Notes: generated by a model not told the origin, from the sequence alone. Shown: positions 36,601 to 51,600, numbered from the whole stretch's first letter. The stretch: DNA of 63,476 nt, filler included, from Saprolegnia diclina VS20 (GCF_000281045.1; 3 parts of 2 records of this genome joined end to end with filler, not necessarily neighbours in it), one strand, 5' to 3'. Translations and numbers: made by a program.

Positions 36601-39600
36601 AACTGTCGCTACTGCGGCAGCTGCAGCCAGCGGCAGATTGAGCATCGTGTCAGGAGCTTCCAGTTCTGGTTCCGGTGGCGTTATTTCACTCTCGACTGGG
36701 ACCAGCACTCTCGCTACTGGTGGTGATGTCCAAATTTCGAGCGGAAGTGGCGTCGGCGGCGGCAGCGTCATACTTTCAAGTGGTCTCGCCACGTCAGGAG
36801 TCTCTGGCGGTATCTCATTCGCAACGGGAATCGCCTCTGGTGGCGATACAGGCTCCGTCATTGTGTCAACTGGCGCCTCTACGGGCGGCACGAGCGGTAA
36901 CATTGTAGGGACGGCCGGGAGCGCTACAGTGGGAGTGGGTGGCCTCGTTTCGCTCACAGCTGGTGCAAGCTCTGCGACCGGCGGCACAGGCGGAAAGACG
37001 TCGCTCATCGGGGGCTCAGGGACAAAGGGTGGCAATGTTGAATTGGCATCTGGCATCGGTTCGTCGACTGGTGGCAGTGTCATGCTCAACTCTGGCTCTG
37101 CAGCGTCTGGAATCAGTGGCAATGTAGTCTTGGGGTCCTCACCGAGCGGCGTCAGTGGTTCGGTCGCTCTCTCGTCAGGAAGCGCCTCAACAGGGACCAG
37201 TGGAGCATTCTCTATCGCTACTGGAGCAAGCGCGACTGGGGCAGGCGGCTCCGTTGACATTTCAAGTGGCAGCGGGGTCATTGGTGGTGATTTGGTCATG
37301 ACGACCGGTACCAGCTCCAACGGTCTCTCGGGAGCCTTCAGCATAAAATCCGGAGTCGCCACCGGCGGGAACAGTGGCAATATGACGTTCGCAACGGGAT
37401 CATCAAACAGTGGCAGCGGGGGCGCCATATCGCTTGTTGTGGGCTCTGCAACATCTGGAACCGGTGGATCAGTCTCAATCACCGCTGGCGCAAGCACCTT
37501 GTCAAGCGGTGGCAAGACTGTTTTCTCTGGTGGTTCCGGGATGTCTGGGGGCAACATGGAACTTTCTGGCGGGGCTGGCAGCAGCGACGTTGGCGGCACA
37601 GTATCTGTTCTATCTGGTGCCAGTTCAACAGGATCAGCAAGTGGCTCAGTTCTTTTGTCGACCGCCTCAAGCGCTACGAGCGGCAGCATTCAAGTAGCTA
37701 CTGGGGCAGCGTCAACAGGAAGCGGAGGCGACTTTTCTGTCTTGATTGGTACTGGCACTCGCGGCACTGGCGGCAGTATCAATATGCTTGCTGGTAGCTC
37801 GTCCATTGGTGGCAGTGTCACCATTGCAAGTGGCTCATCGGTCAGTGGTGTTTCGGGCTCCGTCGTAATTTCTACAGCTACGGCAAGCGGTGAAAATTCT
37901 GGAAGCATCAATCTGTCGACCGGTGCTTCTCCCAGCGGGACGGCGGGCTCGGTTGCGGTCACAGGCGGTATGGGCTCAGCTGGTACTGGTGGGGCGACAA
38001 CCATTGCTGCTGGCATCAGCACGGCGTCAATTGGCGGTCTCGTTGCGATGTATGGTGGCAACGGTACAAGTGGCGGTGATGTACAAGCCATAGCTGGTGC
38101 GGGTACGTCGGGAAACGGCGGTAGTATTCTATTGCTCAGCGGCCTCGGTGCTTCGACAGCTTCAACTGGACAAGTGCGCATTGGTACAGCTGCTGGAGGC
38201 ACCAGCGGCGGCGTCCAATTATACACTGGTGTGGCTAGTCTCGGATCTGGAGGTACAATCTCGCTTTCGATTGGCGCGAGTGCTTCGGGCTCGGGCGGAA
38301 GCATCAACCTCAACGCCGGGACAGGCGTCACCGGTGGCGCTGTGGCCCTATCTGGTGGATCCTCAACTGGGGGACCTTCTGGTGCACTATCTATTATGTC
38401 GGGTAATGGTGCAGGTGGCAACTCTGGCATCATCTCGATTGCCACGGGGTCAGCATCGTCTGGTACTGGCGGCAACATTGCTCTCTCAGTGGGCAGTGGT
38501 ACGTCTGGGGCTGGCGGGTCTTTTGTCGCAACTGCTGGAGCAAGCCCAACTGCAAACGGTGGCAGTGTCAACCTTCTTGCTGGCTCTGGAGCAACAGGTG
38601 GGAGCGTATCTGTTTCTGCCGGGGAGGGCACGGCAGGCAACGGTGGAACTTTGCTGCTGCGCGGTGGTCCAGGCTCGCAAGTCAGTGGCGCCGTGTCCAT
38701 CGCCTCAAGTTCGATCGGCAGTGGAAGTGGGGCAGTTGCCATCAGCACTGGATCCTCATCGGGTTTCGTCGGCGGCATTTCTGCTCAAGTTGGCAGTAGC
38801 TCCTCGAGTGCAGGCGCTGCATTATCTTTGACTGCTGGGGCTACTACGGTCTCTAGTGGAGTGGGCGGCAAGATTACGGTTTCTGGTGGTGACGGCGCCG
38901 TTGGAGGTTCCGTTGAACTCTTGGGCGCTGTCGGTTCTGCACTGACTGGTGGCAGTGTGACTGTAATCAGTGGTATTGGCGCATCAAGCTCCTACAGTGG
39001 ATCCATTACGCTGTCGACAGCTTCGTCGACGGGCTCTAGTGGCTCGATCTTGGTGCAATCAGGAGTCGGTGCAACGGGTGTCAGCGGCGATGTCATTTTG
39101 AGTGCTGGTGAAGGCAACGGCACGATCAGCAACGGGGGACGTGTGAGCATCGTTGCTGGTATCTCGTCGAATGCTAAAGGCGGGGATTTCACGGCAGTAA
39201 GCGGAAACGGGATCGCGGGTGGCGACTTGTCTATGTCAAGTGGTACTGGCTCAACGGCTTCTGGTGGGCAAGTAATGCTGGCAGCTGGAGCATCCGCCTC
39301 GTCCACCGGAGGCAGTGTGCTTATATCAAGTGGTACAAGCGCTGGGACAGCGTTAAGTGGATCTATTGTCTTGTCGACGCCAAACTCGGCAGCAGGAAGC
39401 GGCGCAATTACCATCTCGACCGGTAGTCCGACGACCGGAGCTAGCGGCGCCATCAACTTGTCAACGGGTGTCTCTGCGTCTGGAGCTGGTGGCAATATCA
39501 ACGTTGCAGCTGGCACAGGCGTCGCACTTGGTGGCACGGTCGCAATTGCTAGTGGTGCCGGGCCTGGTGGTGGTCTCGTATCCCTTCAAGCTGGCTCCGG

Positions 39601-42600
39601 GACCAGCAGCACTGGAGGAAGTCTCGCGCTCACAAGTGGAGCAACCAGCACTGGCTACACTGGCGACGTGACATTGTCTGCAGCCGCTGGCGCTCGTGTC
39701 GGTACCATCACGCTAAGCACCGGCGCATCGACCGCAGCGGCCGGGAGTATGGTTATGACTGTTGGAGACTCGACAAGTCCAGGTGGTGCTATCACACTAG
39801 CGTCGGGACTCAGCTCTCAGTTTACTGGTGGTTTGTTGTCTCTCACTGGTGGTCTTGGCACTACTGGGGGCTCGATTGGTGTAACGGGTGGTATGGGAAG
39901 TACGAACAACGGTGGCCAAGTTGTCCTAACTGGTGGTGCCGGGTCATCAGCTCTTGGCGGCGGGATCTCGTTACTGAGTGGCACAGGTGCCACATCGGGA
40001 ATCGTTTCGATATCGACAGCCAGTGGTCAAAGTACAACTGGTGCTGTAACTCTTGCAACAGGCAGTTCCAGCAGCGGCCTTGGTGGGCCCATCGGACTCA
40101 GCGTCGGTGGCTCGTCGACCTCATCGCCGGCTTCTGATGTGTCTCTTGTTGCCGGTCTTAGCTCTGCCGGTTCGGGTGGGCGGGTGACAGCGACGTCAGG
40201 AGCTGGTACCGTTGGCGGAGATTTGCTTCTCACGAGTGGTGCAGGCACCAACGACATTGGTGGCACGATTCGACTCGCGGGTGGACCGTCCTCTGCTACA
40301 ACGGGTGGTGGTATCGTCTTGATCAGCGGCGTGAGCACTGGATCATTTACGAGCGGAAACGTGACACTAGCCACAGCGTCTGGGTCGTATCCCTCTGGGT
40401 CAATTGCTTTGAGCTCGGGCAGCTCATCGTCAAATGCAGCCGGTCAAATCACGGCCACTGCAGGCACGAGTAGTAACGCGGCAGGCGGTGGTGCGGTCAC
40501 AATAACGGGTGGTCTCGGAAGTACTTCGACGGGCGGCAGGGCATCTCTTGTTGGCGGACAAGGAGCCATCGGCGGCACAATTGCCCTTTCAAGTGGCGTC
40601 GGTAGTACATCGACGGGCGGCCAAGTCGTTCTAGTAGCTGGCGGTGGCTCGTCAGCATCTGGCAGCGGCTCTGTGTCAGTGTCGACTTCCGGTGGTGCCT
40701 ATCCTTCTGGCGGCATATCTTTATCAACCGGTGCATCCACAGCCGGAAGCGCCGGTGCTTTCTTGATTGCCCCCGGTGCGGGAACTGCTGGGACCGGCGC
40801 GCCGATAACTCTTCTTGCTGGGACGAGCACCGCTTCAACGGGAGGCAAAACAAGTATTTCCGGAAACACAGGCACAATCGGCGGCAATGTGGAGCTCTAC
40901 GGCGGCACAGGAACTAGCTCGACAATGACCGGCGGTAGTATTCTCGTCACATCCGGTGTCGGCGGCACTCGAAGCGGTCTCATTTCACTGCAAACGAGCG
41001 GTGGTGCTTTTACAAGTGGCTCGATCAGCATCTCGACTGGGACCGCAACGTCTCTTGGCTCAGCTGGCGGTATATATGCTTCTGCTGGTGGAAGTGGTGT
41101 CGGTGTCGGGGGCCCCGTGTCATTGACGGCTAGTCTGGCATCAGCATCAACTGGTGGTAAGGTTGCTCTCAACGCTGGACAAGGCACTGCAGGTGGTAAC
41201 ATTGAGATGGCGTCGGGCGTTGGCTCGGCGGGCGCTGGCGGCAACGTACTTATCACAACCAGCGCTGGTGTTGCCCCAGCGACTAGTGGATCTGTGACGG
41301 TGTCCACATCTGGTGGCGCTTCCACAAGTGGCGCCGTAACTATTGCAACTGGTGCTGCAACGGCAGGTGCTGCGGGAACCATTGCTCTCTCGTCCGGTCA
41401 AAGTGGTACCACGAACGGCGGTGACATCGTTTTGGCTGCCGGTGTGAGCTCGAACACTGTCGGCGGACGGGGGCTCATATCTGGTGGTTCTGGAGCGACG
41501 GGCGGTGCCGTGACACTTACTGGTGGAGCGGGCTCTGCCGTTGGTGGAGCCATTAATCTTGCTGGCGGTGTTGGCGCAGCTGGTACTGGCGGTAGCTTGT
41601 TGCTCACAAGTGGAACGGGTGCGAATACGTTCGCAAGCGGCAGCATCAATTTATCTACTGCCGTTGGCGCAAGTACCAGTGGCGCCATTTCTCTCGTGTC
41701 CGGCTCACCCACTTCCGGAACGGCTGGTACTATTAGTGCTGCCGCAGGAACGTCGTCCTCTGGGACTGGCGGTCTTGTCACCTTGGCAGCTGGTATTGGT
41801 TCTGCTGGTGCTGGTGGCAAATCGTCAATTGCCGGTGGCCAAGGGTCTCTTGGTGGCAATGTCGAGATGAGTGGTGGTGCTGGCATCACAGGTCTCGGCG
41901 GTAACATCATTTTGTCGAGTGGTGCTGGGGCTACGTCAAGCGTCAGTGGTAGCGTAGCACTTTCGACATCGAGTGCGAGCGCTTCCAGTGGCTCAATTAC
42001 ACTCGTGGCGGGCTCAGGCACGAGCGGTCTCGGCGGAGACATAACAGCTTTGGCAGGTACAAGTTCCACTGCGACTGGCGGGAACGTCCTTTTGGCAGCT
42101 GGCGTGGGTACCACCGGTGTCGGTGGCAGGGTGTCGCTGACTGGCGGCGTCGGTACAGTCGGTGGCAGAGTATTGATTACAGGAGGGCAAGGCGCGTCCA
42201 CGGCCGGCGGTGCTCTGGTGCTTGTGTCAGGTGCAGGTGCCTCGTCGTCGACCAGTGGCTCCATCACCATATCGTCATCTGGTGGCGTGAGCACTAGTGG
42301 ATCCGTGGCTCTTGTCACTGGTGCGTCCTCGTCTGGTACGGCGGGCGCTATCTCAATCTCAAGTGGCGCTGGAACCGTCGGTTCTGGCGGAGCCGTCAGT
42401 ATCATTGCTGGGAGCACCACTGTTTCATCTGGCGGCACCAGCTCTTTATCGGGTGGCCAAGGCACAACGGGCGGCAGTGTCACTTTGGCAGGTGGCGTCG
42501 GAACAACAAACCTTGGGGGTGCTGTGGCCTTGTCTGGCGGTGCAGGAACAACAAGCACTGGTGGCTCTGTTTCCCTCACAAGCGGCGCCGGTGTCACCAC

Positions 42601-45600
42601 GTTTGCCAGTGGCAGTGTCTCACTCTCATCTTCCGGAGGCGCATTTCCAAGCGGACTCGTGGGTATCTACAGCGGCGCTTCTTCATCGGGCTCTGCAGGT
42701 GCAATTGTCGCATCCGTTGGGTCTTCAACGAGTGCCATTGGAGCTTCGATAGCTCTAACATCAGGAGCCAGTACGTCCGCTGCAGGCGGTCAACTTTTCC
42801 TTACCGGTGGCTCGGGCACCCAAGGCGGTGCCGTGGTTATATCGGGCGCGACGTCTGCCGTGTCTACAGGTGGCGCAGTCACATTGACATCCGGCCTCGC
42901 GCCAACGGGAAGTTTTGGCGGCAACATCATTGTTGCGACAGCGGGGCGCGACTTTACAAGTGGCAGCGTGCAGCTTTCTACGGGATCGACGACAAGTGGG
43001 GCCGCCGGAGTGATTGCATTGTCCGCAGGGAGCAGCGCCTCTGGTGCCGGGGCAATCATCTCACTCTCAGCCGGGGCGAGTGCAACGTCTACTGGGGGCA
43101 AAGTCGTCATCGGAGGAAACTCTGGCACGTCGGGCGGTGGCAATGTCGAGCTGTCTGGCGGAACTGCTACTGCTGCACCGGGGGTCGGAGGCAATCTTTT
43201 TCTGGCTTCTGGAACGGGCGGCGCGAAAAGCGGCAGTCTATCACTAAGCTCGCTTGGTGGTGCTCTGACCAGCGGTACCATTTTGCTGAGCACGGGAACT
43301 GCAACGTCGCTTGGCAACGCGGGTGGTATTACTTTGTCCGTCGGCGGCTCTGCTGTTGGCTCGGGTGGCGCAGCCACAATGACTGCCGGATCTAGCTCCT
43401 CAGCTACGGGTGGCAAGCTCTCTGTCGTGGGAGGCGACGGTGTCGTTGGCGGTGAGGTCGCCATTACGAGTGGCATTGGGACGGCTGCTTCAAATGCTGG
43501 TGGCAACATCAATCTATTGGCAAACGCCGGACAAGGCGCCAGTGGTTCAGTCTCGCTATCGACGAGTGGTGGCTCATACAACGCGGGCACTATCATGCTT
43601 CGCACTGGTGATTCGACGACAGCATCAGGGGGCTCTGTTGCAATTGCAGTCGGAGCAAGCACCACGGGCCAAGGTGCACCCATCGTACTCACGGCTGGTT
43701 CAAGTGGGTCTGCAACGGGTGGAACGAGCACTGTCTATGGTGGCACTGGTACGATTGGTGGAGGCGTCGTTCTTGCGGGTGGTCAAGGCTCGAGCACTGG
43801 GGGAAGTGTTGTGCTAACAGGCGGCGCAAGTCTGGCATCCTCTGGTGGCAACCTCGTGATGACATCTGGTTCAGGTGCAACGTCGTATTCATCTGGTAAT
43901 ATTGCCCTGACAACGTCGTCTGGTCCAAGCACCAGTGGATCGATTGCCATTGCAACAGGCACGCCAGTGGTCGGGTCCGGGGGCAACATTGGGGTATCAG
44001 TCGGCGCGTCATCGGCTGGTTCAGCTGGAACGGTCACTCTTGTTGCTGGGAATACCACTGACAGTGCGGGTGGTGCGGTTTCCGTCTCTGCTGGTTCGGG
44101 CACGGTTGGCGGCGCCGTTCAAGTTCTCGGCGGGGTCGGTGTTTCGACTGGTGGCAAAGTCGCCTTGACGAGTGGCGTTAGTGGTGCATCATCGACAAGT
44201 GGACAAATTCAACTCTCAACTGCCGGTGACAGTATGAACAGCGGTGGCATCTCAGTCACCTCTGGAGCATCATCAACTGGGACAGCGGGGAGTCTTGAAG
44301 TGTCCGTCGGTGCAACTGCCGCTGGAATTGGCGGATCTGTCACATTCGCGGCAGGAAGCAGCTCAAATTCTATCGGGGGCGCCATGTCCGCGGCAAGTGG
44401 AAGTGGCACCTCTGGAGGTGCTATCAGCATCAATGCTGGTGCGGCCAGCAGTGCTACAGGAGTCGGTGGCGCCGTTACTATTTCGAGCGGGACCGCTGCT
44501 TTGGGTACCGGCGGTGCCATAACTCTTGTGTCTGGAGCTGGCGCCGCGTCCATGTCAAGTGGGAGCCTGTCGCTTTCTAGCACCAGCGGAGCTTCAGCAA
44601 GCGGTGATATCACTCTGCAAACTGGTGTTTCGTCGTCAGGTACTGGTGGAGCTATCATACTCAGTGTTGGCAGTTCCACGGGCTCGGACGGAAGCTCGAT
44701 TGCGGCGACCGCTGGCATCAGTACGAATCAAGTCGGCGGTCGTTTCGATCTCACGGCAGGCGTCGGTGTGACAGGTGGTGATATTCACCTGCAAGGTGGT
44801 GGTGGCTCGAGCAGCAACGGGGGCGGCGTATTTGTCACCTCTGGCCTTGGTGCGTCTGGATCAAGTGGAGCGCTCAAGTTATCAACTCCTGGGGGTAGCA
44901 TCAACAGCGGTACCATCAGTATCTTAACTGGTTCGTCGACTGCTGGTATCGGTGGGACAATCGCAGTTGAAGTCGGCAGCAGCTCGAACGGCGCTGGCGG
45001 GTCCATATCACTCAAATCGGGTACATCTTCACAAGCGCTCGGGGGCCAAATTGACGTTTTGGCTGGCGACGGGACTCTCGGTGGTGGTATATTGCTCTCG
45101 GCGGGCGCTGGAAGTGCGACGACGGCAACTGGTGGAGGGGCGATCGAATTACATGGCGGCACGGACTCAGGAAGCACTGGTGGTGCTATAATTTTGACCT
45201 CTGGAGCTGGCGCGTCAAGCACAGCAAGTGGCGTCGTCACATTGACTACCTCTGCCGGCACAGCAGCAAGTGGCGCCATTACGCTTCAAACAGGAGAGGC
45301 CACGTCAGGCACGGGGGGTATTATTTCTCTTGTGGTCGGTTCAAGCTCGTCAGCGATCGGTGGCTCTATCACAATGACTGCTGGTGCCAGCAGCAGTTTC
45401 GCGGGTGGTAAGCTCCGTCTTTTTGGTGGCCAAGGCACAACAGGTGGCAACGTCGAAGTTACCTCAGGAAGCGCAACGTCGGGGTTTGGCGGACGACTCG
45501 TATTTTCTGCGGGCGCGGCAGCAGCCGGTGCAACAGGTGGCAGTGTAGTCTTGTCTACTGCGGCTGGTGCGTACACGAGCGGTGCAATCTCTTTGTCGTC

Positions 45601-48600
45601 AGGGTTGTCGACTTCCGGTACTGGTGGCGATATCTCTGTGTCCGCTGGTGGCAGTTCGACGGGATCTGGACCAAAGGTCTCTATGACTGCTGGCGCCAGC
45701 AACGACTCGCCTGGCGGCAAAGTTGATCTTTATGGTGGTGCCGGCACAATCGGTGGAGACGTCTCAATGACCGGTGGTCTCGGTAACACGCTCGACGGGG
45801 GTAGCATAACGATCAGCGGTGGTCAAGGTGTGACTGGCAACGGGGGGTTCATTTCCCTCAAAAGCGGACAAGGCGCGGCTTCAAAAGCCAGTGGCGGCAT
45901 TACTCTTGCAACATTTGCCGACACGATATCTAGCGGCAGCATAACGTTCTCCACGGGCTCTTCCTCGACATCTAGTGCGGGCAACGTTGCGGTTGCAGCG
46001 GGAACGAGCGCGATTGGTGATGGTGCGACGCTTCAACTGACTGCTGGGCCGAGTACCCAAGGCACAGGGGGCGGTACCGGCGTACAGGGGGGCGCAGGCG
46101 TCACTGGTGGTGCCGTGAGTCTTACGGGTGGCGCCGGAAGCGCAGGTCCAGGTGGTTTTGTCACTCTCACGGGTGGTGCCGGCAGCTCAATTGGTGCTGG
46201 TGGTAACGTCATGCTTACCAGTGGCGTCGGAACGACTTCAGAGCTCAGCGGAGCCATCACGATCGCGACGGCCAACAACCAAGCAACGACTGGCTCTATC
46301 AGTATTACTTCTGGTGAATCATCGTCGGGCGTCGGTGGGGCCGTGCTTGTGAGCGTGGGCTCAACCTCTTCGGCGTCTACGGTTGGCAGCGACGTCTCCC
46401 TTACGTCTGGTGCGAGTGCGACATCCATTGGTGGCAGAGTTTTGGCAACAGGAGGCTCTGGTACTGCTGGTGGCAATGTTCAACTTGTCGGTGGCGGAGC
46501 ATCAACGACGACTGGTGGCACAATCGTGCTTACGGGTGGGGCATCAACAACTGGAGCGGGCGGTGACATCATTTTGAAATCTGGAGTCGCAATGGCGCCG
46601 GCAGCGAGTGGGAATATTATTTTGTCAACTGTCCAAGGCGCTTACTCTACGGGCTCCATCACGATAAGCTCTGGGTCGTCGACGTCTGGTCTCGCTGGTC
46701 AAATTGCCGTCAAGGGGGGCACGAGTTCGTCTGGGGCTGGTGGCGCATTGGAATTTGCCGCAGGTGTTGCCACTTCTGGAACCGGGGGCATGGTGTCTTT
46801 AAGCGGCGGTGCTGGTGAAGTTGGTGGCAACGCCGTTCTTACTAGTGGTATCGCATCCTCTGGTGCTAGCGGTCAAGTCCTTATGTCTTCAAGCGCCGGA
46901 ACAACGACATCGGGCGCTGTATTATTGTCAACGTCGGGTGGGGCCATCTCGTCGGGTGCTATTACCATTGCTTCTGGATCTTCAACGTCCGGCTCCAGTG
47001 GTGTCGTATCAATTACAGCCGGTGCTGGGACAGCGTCGGCCGGCTCGGCCATAACGCTGCTTGCTGGACAAAGCTCAGCCATGGCTGGCGGAAAAGTAAG
47101 CGTATCAGGCAACACGGGCACGTCCGGTGGCAACGTCGAGCTCAAGGGAGGATCTGCAAGCAGCAATACCGCAACAGGCGGGAGCGTTTTGCTGACCAGT
47201 GGAGCTGGAGGCACTTTGAGTGGTTCTATCACCCTATCGTCATTTGGCGGTGCATTTTCGAGTGGCTCGCTAAACCTTGGCACGGGTACGACTACTGCTG
47301 GCAGTAGTGGTGCTATCATCATTACCGCCGGGGGCAGTGCGACCGGCATTGGTGGTCCCATCACCCTTACAAGCGGCGTCGCGTCTCAATCGACGGGCGG
47401 CAAATCGAGCATTATCGGTGGTCAAGGTACGATTGGCGGTGACGTTGCTTTGATGGGCGGGGCCGGCACATCTACGGTCGGAGGCAACTTTATCGCAGTA
47501 TCTGGTTCGGGGACGTCGGCCTCGGGCGCCATCACGTTGTCCACCCCAGGTGGTGCATTCGTCAGTGGCAATGTGGGTGTCGCTACGGGCTCATCGACTT
47601 CGGCGTCAGCCGGCGCAATCAGTTTCTCAGCCGGGGCGAGTGCAGCTGGAGCTGGCAGTGCTATCACTCTAACGCCCGGACAGAGCTCGGCATCAACTGG
47701 TGGTAAGACGTCGATTCTTGGGGCGACAGGCAGTACGAGCGGCGGCAATGTTGAAGCCACTGCTGGCCAAGGTGCAGCAACTGGGGGTAACGTTCTTCTC
47801 ACAAGTGGGGCGAGTACGGCTGGAACTGGTGGCAGCATTAATCTCGTCACTGGTGTGGGTGCCAGCACGTTCCCGAGCGGATCCATCATGGTCTCAACCG
47901 CGAACCAAGGTGGTCCAAGTGGCTCTGTTATGGTCTCGACTGGCACATCGTCTGCTGGAAACAGTGGAACTATCGCTATCACATCGGGCGGCAGCAGTAC
48001 CGGTACTGGCACGGCGATCACGGCAACGGCAGGTGCAACAGCGGGCTCCACCGGTGGGAAAATAGCTCTTCTCGGTGGCGCCGGCCCCATGGGCGGAAAC
48101 GTCGAAATCACAGCGGGTACAGCCAGTTCAGGCCTTGGAGGTAGCGTGTTACTGGCATCTGGTATTGGAGCTTCGGGCTCTACAAGTGGCACAATCACAC
48201 TTTCAACGGCTTCTACGGGTTCAAGCTCAAGTGGATCAATTTCTCTCGCATCTGGTGCCGGGGCAAATGGCGTCGGTGGCAGTCTTTTGCTGGCTGTTGG
48301 TGCCTCTGCCACGGGTGCTGGGAGCCCCATTTCGCTTGCTTCGGGCCAAAGCTCGACATCTATTGGAGGCAAGATTACAATGACAGCTGGTGCAGGTCTG
48401 ACGGGGGCAAACGCCGAGCTTTCTGCCGGTTCAGGCTCGTCAAGCACCGGCGGTCAGCTCATTTTCACCTCGGGTACGGGTGGCAGCTCTGCTGCCAGCG
48501 GGACTGTGTCTCTATCCTCCGCGGGTGGCACTAGTACGAGCGGCAGCTTGATCTTAGCAACAGGTTCAGCGACAGCAGGAGCCGGTGGTGCCATAGCTCT

Positions 48601-51600
48601 TTTGGCTGGTTCGGGCACTGTGGCTCTTGGCGGAGCAATCAATCTCAGCGCAGGTGGCGTGACCGGTGCTACGGGGGGTGCCATCTCGCTCCAGGCTGGT
48701 CAAGGAACGTTCGGCGGAAACGTCAATCTTGCTGCAGGTGCAGCCACGGCCAACACGGGAGGCAGGATTTCGATAACGTCTGGTCTTGGATTTGGCTCGA
48801 GCACCGCCAGCGGAGCACTTACGCTTTCCACACTTGGCAGCTCCAGTGCAAGTGGTGCAATGACTCTTTCCACCGGTGCATCCACGTCAAACTCTGGCGG
48901 GGCTATATCGCTTCTTGTCGGCGCAGCAGCTCAAAACACTGCCGGGGCTGTGACACTTTCGGCGGGTACTGCAACGAACGGTGTTGGTGGCCAGTTGACG
49001 GCAACAAGCGGTGCCGGTCTCACGGGTGGTGATATCAGTGTCATTAGTGGAGGTGCCACTGCCAACCGCGGGGGCAATGTTCTGTTGACAACGGGCTCAG
49101 GCACGGCTGGGAGTGGGTCGATCACGCTCTCTACTTCTAGTGGTACTGCGTCAAGTGGCTCTATCGCGCTCAATGTTGGAGACGCTTCGACGACGTCGGG
49201 CTCTTTCACCGTCGTCGTTGGCAGCGGTACCAGCTCATTTGGTGGAAGCGTAGCTCTTTCAGCCGGTGCAACAACTGCAACGTCTGGTATCGGTGGGACA
49301 GTTGCTATTTCTGGTGGCAGTGGCTCTGTCGGTGGTGCGCTTTCTCTGCAATCTGGAGCTGGAGCTACAGCTCAAGCGGGTTCGCTGAGTCTCGCAGCTG
49401 GCGCTAGTACGTCGTCGACTGGCGGTAGCATTCAACTATACTCCGGAGCTGGAGGCACGGCTTCTATTAGTGGAAACATCGTGTTGTCTACGCAAGGCAC
49501 AACGAGCTCCTCTGGAGCAATTGCGCTTACGACGGGCAATGCTGGAGGCACTGGCATCGGCGGTGCCATCAGTATTTCCGTTGGTTCGAGTACGACTGGT
49601 ATTGGACGATCTGTGACAACCACGGCAGGTCAAAGCTCAACGGGAACCGGGGGTAAAAGTTCAATTTTTGGAGGCTCAGGCATAACTGGCGGCAACGTGG
49701 AGCTCACTGCCGGACTCGGCTCATCTGCGGGTGGTAACCTCTTGCTGGCAACGGCTAGCGGTGGCTCAAGTGGTGCAAGTGGCAGCGTGAGCATTCTATC
49801 GTCCAGCGGATCCGCAACAAGCGGGTCACTGTTGCTCGCATCGGGCTCTGCCTCGGGCTCCAGCGGCTCAATTTCCATCTCTGTTGGATCGACTACGTCG
49901 AATGCTGGTGGTTCCGTCTCCCTTTCTACGGGACAGAGTACAGCAGGTTCAGCTGGCGCCATGACGCTCACCACTGGTAGCGGAACGCAAGGTGGCGATA
50001 TCACTTCGACTGCCGGTGCTGGAGGGACTCTTTCCGGTGGGAGCCTCACATTTGCGGCGGGTGCTAGCACTTCTTCGACTGGGGGTCGTGTGTCACTTGC
50101 AAGCGGCGCTGGCTCTCTCGGCAGTGGATCGATCACACTCTCTGCAGCTGGTAGCACGGGAATGGTGGGGACTGTCACTATTTCGACAGGTGCATCTAGT
50201 ACCGCTACCTCAGGTGCCATCATCATGTCTCCTGGGCAAAGCCAAACTGGCAACGGAGCTGCAGTCAGCATTACTGCCGGTCGCAGCGTCGCCACAGGCT
50301 CTATCGGCGGTCTAACATCCCTTTCGGGCGGCGCAGGCACTGTTGGCGGCAACGTACAGCTTACTGGTGGCGTCGGCAGCTCATCTACAGGCACCGGTGG
50401 TGGAAACATCGTTCTTGCCGGCGGCGCCGGCTCATCTAGCACTGGCGGCTCCGTCACGCTTACCAGCGGCGCAGGGGCGGCTACCATGGCCAGCGGTCTA
50501 CTCAGCCTCTCCACGCTTGCAGGATCCGCTACAAGTGGCAGCATTACGCTCACGACAGGTGACTCGTCGGCAGGATCGGGCGGTACCATTGCGCTTCTTG
50601 CCGGATTGTCGACAAATGCTGCCGGAAGCAGTGTCAGCATCACGGCTGGTGCAAGCGCTGCCAACACAGGCGGTACAAGTCAAGTCACGGGCGGAGCGGG
50701 GGCCACGGGGGGCAACGTACTGCTCACAGGTGGCGTCGGAACCGCCAACGTCGGTGGTAACGTTGTACTTACAAGTGGGGCCGGTGCCACTGGCTACGCC
50801 AGTGGTGGTATCACTCTCTCGACCACTGGTGCGGGTCTCAACAGTGGCGCAATTGCACTCTCAACAGGCGCCTCAACATCGGGCGCCGGTGGCTCAATCT
50901 CGCTCTCGGTCGGCGACACGGCGACGGGTACCGGAAGCTCCATATCCTTGACTTCAGGGAAGAGCGCGGACGCGCCAGGTGGCAAGACCTCCATATTTGG
51001 GGGTATTGGTACGATTGGTGGCAACGTCGAGCTCACAGCTGGTACTGGAAGTACGACGACGGCCGTTGTGGGTGGTGGCAATGTGGTCTTGACCGGTGGC
51101 GTGGGCTCGTCAAGCACTGGTGGCAGCGTTCAACTGATCAGTGGTGCTGGCTCGACATCGACATCTAGTGGTCAAGTTGTTCTCTCCACACTTGGTGGTA
51201 CCACAACAAGTGGAAGCATCGTTTTGTCCACGGGAAGTGCCTCGGCGGGATCCAGCGGCACGATTCGATTAACCGCTGGAGCAAGCTCAACCGCAACTGG
51301 GAGCGCCGTAATCATCACAGCGGGTACCAGCACTGCCGGATCGGGCACCGGTGGAAAGAGCAATATTCTTGGCGGCCAAGGAAGCACGGGTGGCAACGTC
51401 GAGATGACTGGCGGCGCTGGCTCTGCGGGTGTCGGCGGCAACGTCATTCTAATGAGTGGCGCTGGATCGACTACAAGCGGGGCCGTGTCAATTTCGACAA
51501 TTGGTGGGGCCATTAACAGTGGCTCTATCTCATTGACGACGGGTGTGTCCTCCTCTGGCACTGGCGGCAGTATTGCTCTCGTGGTCGGCGATAGCACTTC

